Shown: piece by piece, positions 27,847 to 32,000 of the stretch
Layout: each line of letters opens with the position of its first letter
Position numbering within the stretch: the stretch's first letter is position 1
From: Promethearchaeum syntrophicum
GTDB lineage: Archaea; Asgardarchaeota; Lokiarchaeia; Sigyniarchaeales; Promethearchaeaceae
Direction: 5' to 3'
Length of the DNA stretch: 32,000 bases
Assembly: GCF_008000775.2 (NCBI RefSeq)
Contig: NZ_CP042905.2
Location: forward strand, 2,160,001-2,192,000
Notes under the pieces: generated by a model
Told to the model about the DNA's origin: nothing
Seen by the model: only the letters and a program-made list of their open reading frames with translations
Database searches by the model: none
Made by a program: the position numbers and the translations under genes

Positions 27847-29013
27847 ATGATGGAAGAAAATCTTGAAAATTGGATAATTTTATTAGATTGCACAAAATCC
27901 ATGAATAGAGAAGATTTTCCTCCAAATAGATTCCAAACTGCATTAAGTGGAATCAAAATCTTTATTGAAGAAAAATCTAAGGCATTAAAGAAAGTTAGAA
28001 TATCCATAATCACATTTAATAAAAAAATTTCAGTTGTTTCTGAGTTGACTGATGATGTTGATTCAACCATTGAATTAATTTCAAATAAAAAATTTAAAAA
28101 AATGAATCTCTCATCAGGTTCAATAAATATGTTGGATAATGCATTAAATGAAGCATTAGAGATTCTTGGTCAACAAATTCAAAATATTTCTGGATTTTAT
28201 AATTGTATATTGTTAATTTCTGATACGGAAGATCTTAATATTTCGGAAAAAACCCAAAAAAAAATCAAAGGATTACAAATTTCGATAAATATTATAACAT
28301 TTTCACTTGAGAAAAATAACGCTAATATGTATTTTCCATTGAAAGCTCAACATTTTACTACTAAACAAGATCTTTTGAATGGAATGAAGGAACTTGCCTT
28401 ATTAAAAAAAAAAGAAAAAAATAATGCTCAACATTTTTCAGAAATAATGTTAGAACATGGAAAAAAAACTCGCGATTTCATGGAAGAAATTGCTTTAAAA
28501 TTGAGATATCCAACACTTGATGAATTAATCAAATTTAATAAGAAATCAAGAAAAATCAATTGCCAAATATGTTTCAGCAAAATTTCCCCCATTAAAAAAT
28601 ATTCACTTTATAAAACTGGAAGATTATGCCCCCATTGTGGGACGCCAATGCACCTTCATTGTGCGGGAACATGGGCTCTTAAATCATCAGAACACAAAGG
28701 TTTATTCAGATGCCCATATTGTTATACTCTTCTAAAAATTCCGGGAGCAATTTTAAATGGTCTTAATAAAAAAAGCAATAAAAAAGAAGGATCAGAATCT
28801 AAAAAACAATTAGTTAAAATGATTGTTATTGGACCTGAAAAACTTAAACAGAAATATTCTGATTGCTTGTATTGTTTTAAACCAATAAAAAATGTTTCAT
28901 TTCAGAAAACTTTTCAATGCAGTAATTGTAAAGCATATTTTCATAAAAAATGCCTGGAAGAGATGTATAAATTAGATAAAAAATGTTTAAATTGCAATGG
29001 AAATATTGTTTAG
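27847..29013 (+). CDS. VWA domain protein with two RING/PHD-like zinc modules (p44/Ssl1-like order)
   Basis: VWA: WIILLDCTKSMNREDFPPNRFQTALSGIKIFIEE. Zinc module 1 C239/C242/C261/C264/H269/C272/C289/C292. Zinc module 2 C340/C343/C358/C361/H366/C369/C380/C383. Confidence 0.85.
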   Translation: MMEENLENWIILLDCTKSMNREDFPPNRFQTALSGIKIFIEEKSKALKKVRISIITFNKKISVVSELTDDVDSTIELISNKKFKKMNLSSGSINMLDNALNEALEILGQQIQNISGFYNCILLISDTEDLNISEKTQKKIKGLQISINIITFSLEKNNANMYFPLKAQHFTTKQDLLNGMKELALLKKKEKNNAQHFSEIMLEHGKKTRDFMEEIALKLRYPTLDELIKFNKKSRKINCQICFSKISPIKKYSLYKTGRLCPHCGTPMHLHCAGTWALKSSEHKGLFRCPYCYTLLKIPGAILNGLNKKSNKKEGSESKKQLVKMIVIGPEKLKQKYSDCLYCFKPIKNVSFQKTFQCSNCKAYFHKKCLEEMYKLDKKCLNCNGNIV

Positions 29014-29019
29014 ATTAAT

Positions 29020-30024
29020 ATGAAAGTTCTTATCACTGGAGCTACGGGTTTTATTGGAGGAGATTTGGTAAAAGAAAACATCAATAAAGGGAATATCGTC
29101 AAAGTATTAGTTTTGAAAGATGATCCTGGAGAAAATTTACTACGTGAGAAGGGTGTTGAAATAGTAATCGGGGACATTGCAAATTATTCTGATGTCGAAA
29201 AAGCTTGTGAAGGCGTTGATGTAATTTTCCATTGTGCTGGGATTGTAACTGATTTTGCCCCTTATCAACTCTATGTTGATGTTAATGTAATAGGAATGGA
29301 AAATATCTGCAAAGCAGCTGTAAAGGTTCAAGTTAAACGCTTAGTTTATATGTCAACGAATGATGTTTTTGGACCAATTGAAGATGTTGTAATAGATGAA
29401 ACTTTTCCATTAAAAAAATGGGGTGAACCGTACCCAGATACTAAAATTGAAGCAGAAGAAATCGCTTGGAAGTATTATAGGGAGAATAAATTGCCTGTGA
29501 CTATGGTATATGGTTGTTGGGTATTTGGAATTGGGGATAAAACATTTGTTCCTTTAGTGGCGGATTCCATAGTGAAAAAAGAACTTATTTTCTGGAGAAA
29601 GAATGTCCATGTCTGGCCAAATTACATTGAAAATCTTGTTGATCTTTTAATGCTCATATCAGAAGATGAACGTGCTATTGGAAATGGTTATCTTGTTCAT
29701 GATGGAGAAATGGTTACTTTTCAAGATTTTTGCAAGCAAATCGCCGAGACATTAGGTGTTAAACCTATTAAAACCCATATTCCTTACTTATTGGCAAAAA
29801 TGGCTGGTTGGATTTTAGAGAAATGGTGGAGAGTTACTAAAAAAAAGACAAGACCTCTCCTAACAACCTATACCGTCACAAATTTAGGTTCGAGGTTGAA
29901 TTTTTCAATTGAAAAAGCTGAAAGAGAATTGGGATGGGTTCCAAAGATTCCCTTTAAAGATGGTATGGAAAAAACCATGATTTGGCTTAAAACTCTGGAT
30001 TTGGAGACGTTAAAAGAAAAATAA
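29020..30024 (+). CDS. NAD-dependent epimerase/dehydratase (extended SDR, 3-beta-HSD-like)
   Basis: MKVLITGATGFIGGDLV, GDIANYSDVEKACEGVDVIFHCAG, LVYMSTNDVFG. Confidence 0.92.
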   Translation: MKVLITGATGFIGGDLVKENINKGNIVKVLVLKDDPGENLLREKGVEIVIGDIANYSDVEKACEGVDVIFHCAGIVTDFAPYQLYVDVNVIGMENICKAAVKVQVKRLVYMSTNDVFGPIEDVVIDETFPLKKWGEPYPDTKIEAEEIAWKYYRENKLPVTMVYGCWVFGIGDKTFVPLVADSIVKKELIFWRKNVHVWPNYIENLVDLLMLISEDERAIGNGYLVHDGEMVTFQDFCKQIAETLGVKPIKTHIPYLLAKMAGWILEKWWRVTKKKTRPLLTTYTVTNLGSRLNFSIEKAERELGWVPKIPFKDGMEKTMIWLKTLDLETLKEK

Positions 30025-30059
30025 CAAATTTTTTCTTTTCTAAAATTATTATAAAATCT

Positions 30060-32000
30060 ATGGTTAAAAAACGAAAATGGGTAATAACTAGTGCATGGCC
30101 ATATGTGTCTGCCACCCCACACTTGGGAAACATGATAGGAAGTGTTCTTTCAGGTGATGTTTTTACGCGCTATCTTCGCTCTAAAGGTGATGAAGTATTA
30201 TACGTATCCGGTAGCGATACTCATGGAACTCCCGTGATGGTAGCTGCCATAGAGGAAAAAACGACCCCAGAAAAACTTGCTCCGAAAAATCATGCTATAA
30301 TTAAAGAATTATTTCAAAAATGGTTAATATCCTATGATAATTATACTCAAACTCATAATCCAACTCACATAAAGTTTATTCAAGACTTTTATAGACAAGT
30401 TGAAAAAAATGGATTCGTAACTTCAAAGGAGGAAGAAATGTTCTATTGTGAGTATGATAAACTATTTTTACCTGATAGATACATAGAAGGAATATGTCCT
30501 CACTGCAGTTCTGAATTTGCTAGAGGTGATCAATGTGATGCATGTGGTAAATTACTCGAACCAGAAGAATTAATTAATCCTCACTGTAAACAATGTAAGA
30601 AATCACCAATTAAAAAAAAAACAAGACATTGGTATCTGGATTTTAGTAAAACCGAAGAAGAAATCCATAATTTTGTTGTCAATAATGAACACCTACCTCC
30701 AAATGCTCGTTCAGCTTCATTAAATTTCTTGAAAGAAGGATTACCTACCCGTTCTATTACACGCGATTTAGATTGGGGGATTCCCGCTCCATTTGATGGT
30801 GCAGAAGGAAAAACCATTTATGTTTGGTTTGAAGCTGTATTGGGTTATATATCAGCAGTAAAAGAATGGGCAGAGAAAATTAAGAAGGATCCTAAAAAGT
30901 TCCAATATTTTTGGAACGATCCAAAGACTAGATCAGTTTATTTTATTGGAAAGGATAATATTATTTTTCATTTAATTATATTTCCCGGACTTTTAATTGC
31001 GTATAATAAAAATCTTCCAAAAAACGAACAATTCACAATGCCTTTCAATGTGAGTTCTACAGAATTTCTTAACTATGAAAATAATAAATTCTCTAAATCA
31101 AGAGGGGTAGGTATATGGATTGATGACGCACTAGAATTAGCTCCCATCGAATATTGGCGCTATTCTTTGTTGCGAAATCGCCCTGAAAAGCAGGATTCTA
31201 ATTTTCTGTGGTCCCAATTTGAAAAAGATATTCTCGAATTAAATGATATCATTGGAAATTTTATACACCGAACTCTTTCATTTATTCATAAGAATTATGA
31301 TAGCAAAGTACCTAATGCCCCTCCTGATGAACAAATTGATGAAGAGGACAAAAAACTAATAAAAACAATTAAATCTTCTTCAAAACGAGTTGGAGATTTG
31401 TTTGAACGTTTTAAAATAAAAGATGCTCTGAATGAAATCATATCAATATCACGTAAAGGAAATATTTACATTAACAACAAAGCCCCTTGGAAAATGATTA
31501 AAGAAAATAAAGAAAAAGCGGGTTATACCTTTTATTTTGCAATACAATTGGTTAGAACAATCGGAATATTACTTGAACCTTTCATTCCAAATATTTCCGA
31601 ACAAATTTTGAAGAATATTGGTAGTTCTGAAAAATTATCCAAAGGACTTTGGAATTCCGCATCAAAATTAAAAGTGCCTTCAAACCAGACAATCCCAAAA
31701 CCCAAACCATTATTTCAAAAAATTGATGTTAAAGAAATTCAAAAGAAATTAGCAAAAATGCATGGAAAATCTGAAGGAAATGAAAAAAATCTTACTGAAA
31801 AAGAAGAAATACCCGAGATTGATTATGAAGATTTTCAAAAGCTTAAATTTCGCATTGGGACTATTATAGAAGCAGAATTAGTTCCAGATACAAAAAATTT
31901 GATTAAATTAATAGTCGATACAGGTGAAACTGAAAAAAGAACAATAGTTGCAGGGATTGGGAAAAATTATTCACCCGATGAATTAATTGATACTCAAGTT
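30060..32000 (+). CDS. metG: methionyl-tRNA synthetase, 3' end beyond window, with C-terminal tRNA-binding (EMAPII/Trbp111-like) domain beginning
   Basis: Frame read by hand (not in the ORF track): MVKKRKWVITSAWPYVSATPHLGNMIGS (class I HLGN signature), zinc cysteines CPHC..CDACG..CKQC, DLDWGIPAPF, KFSKSRG (KMSKS-like), then DYEDFQKLKFRIGTIIEAELVPDTKNLIKLIVDTG. Open to the window edge. Confidence 0.95.
   Translation, partial: MVKKRKWVITSAWPYVSATPHLGNMIGSVLSGDVFTRYLRSKGDEVLYVSGSDTHGTPVMVAAIEEKTTPEKLAPKNHAIIKELFQKWLISYDNYTQTHNPTHIKFIQDFYRQVEKNGFVTSKEEEMFYCEYDKLFLPDRYIEGICPHCSSEFARGDQCDACGKLLEPEELINPHCKQCKKSPIKKKTRHWYLDFSKTEEEIHNFVVNNEHLPPNARSASLNFLKEGLPTRSITRDLDWGIPAPFDGAEGKTIYVWFEAVLGYISAVKEWAEKIKKDPKKFQYFWNDPKTRSVYFIGKDNIIFHLIIFPGLLIAYNKNLPKNEQFTMPFNVSSTEFLNYENNKFSKSRGVGIWIDDALELAPIEYWRYSLLRNRPEKQDSNFLWSQFEKDILELNDIIGNFIHRTLSFIHKNYDSKVPNAPPDEQIDEEDKKLIKTIKSSSKRVGDLFERFKIKDALNEIISISRKGNIYINNKAPWKMIKENKEKAGYTFYFAIQLVRTIGILLEPFIPNISEQILKNIGSSEKLSKGLWNSASKLKVPSNQTIPKPKPLFQKIDVKEIQKKLAKMHGKSEGNEKNLTEKEEIPEIDYEDFQKLKFRIGTIIEAELVPDTKNLIKLIVDTGETEKRTIVAGIGKNYSPDELIDTQV

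Noticed and set aside
30581-30817. Minus-strand 78-aa ORF
   Set aside because: Antisense to metG, which carries class I synthetase signatures.
1-32000. CRISPR array, transposon, prophage or defence island
   Set aside because: No regularly spaced repeats, cas genes, transposase or integrase domains, or phage genes were seen by eye.
1-32000. Selenoprotein with in-frame TGA, given the PSTK-like gene
   Set aside because: No gene looked split by a TGA with family motifs continuing after it. This was only checked by eye; a SECIS search would be decisive.

Overview
AT-rich archaeal window that looks like an Asgard archaeon (Lokiarchaeia-like) chromosome. The lineage is inferred from two Ras/Rab-like GTPases, a CDC48-type AAA ATPase, a histone, a PSTK-like kinase, a gelsolin-like protein and an intron-containing tRNA. 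Most of the window is ordinary chromosomal coding sequence. There is no CRISPR array, prophage or transposase. The most interesting items are: (1) a block at 6.6-9.8 kb with two small GTPases, a thioredoxin-like protein, a V4R/Bet3-fold protein, a Lrp/AsnC ligand-binding-type protein and a convergent longin-like/winged-helix protein, which together resemble the TRAPP (V4R plus longin, Rab GEF) parts list; (2) a VWA protein with two RING/PHD-like zinc modules whose order resembles TFIIH p44/Ssl1 (27.8-29.0 kb); (3) an apparently exported caspase-like protease with Ca-binding-type repeats, a TM segment and a C-terminal zinc ribbon; (4) a tyrosine phenol-lyase-like gene upstream of indolepyruvate ferredoxin oxidoreductase genes, with a perfect 7-bp inverted repeat next to its TATA box; (5) a tRNA-Leu(CAG) with a 25-nt intron and a textbook BHB motif; (6) a GIY-YIG nuclease translationally coupled to a PSTK-like gene; (7) a gelsolin-like protein. 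All calls were made by eye from motifs, with no database search.
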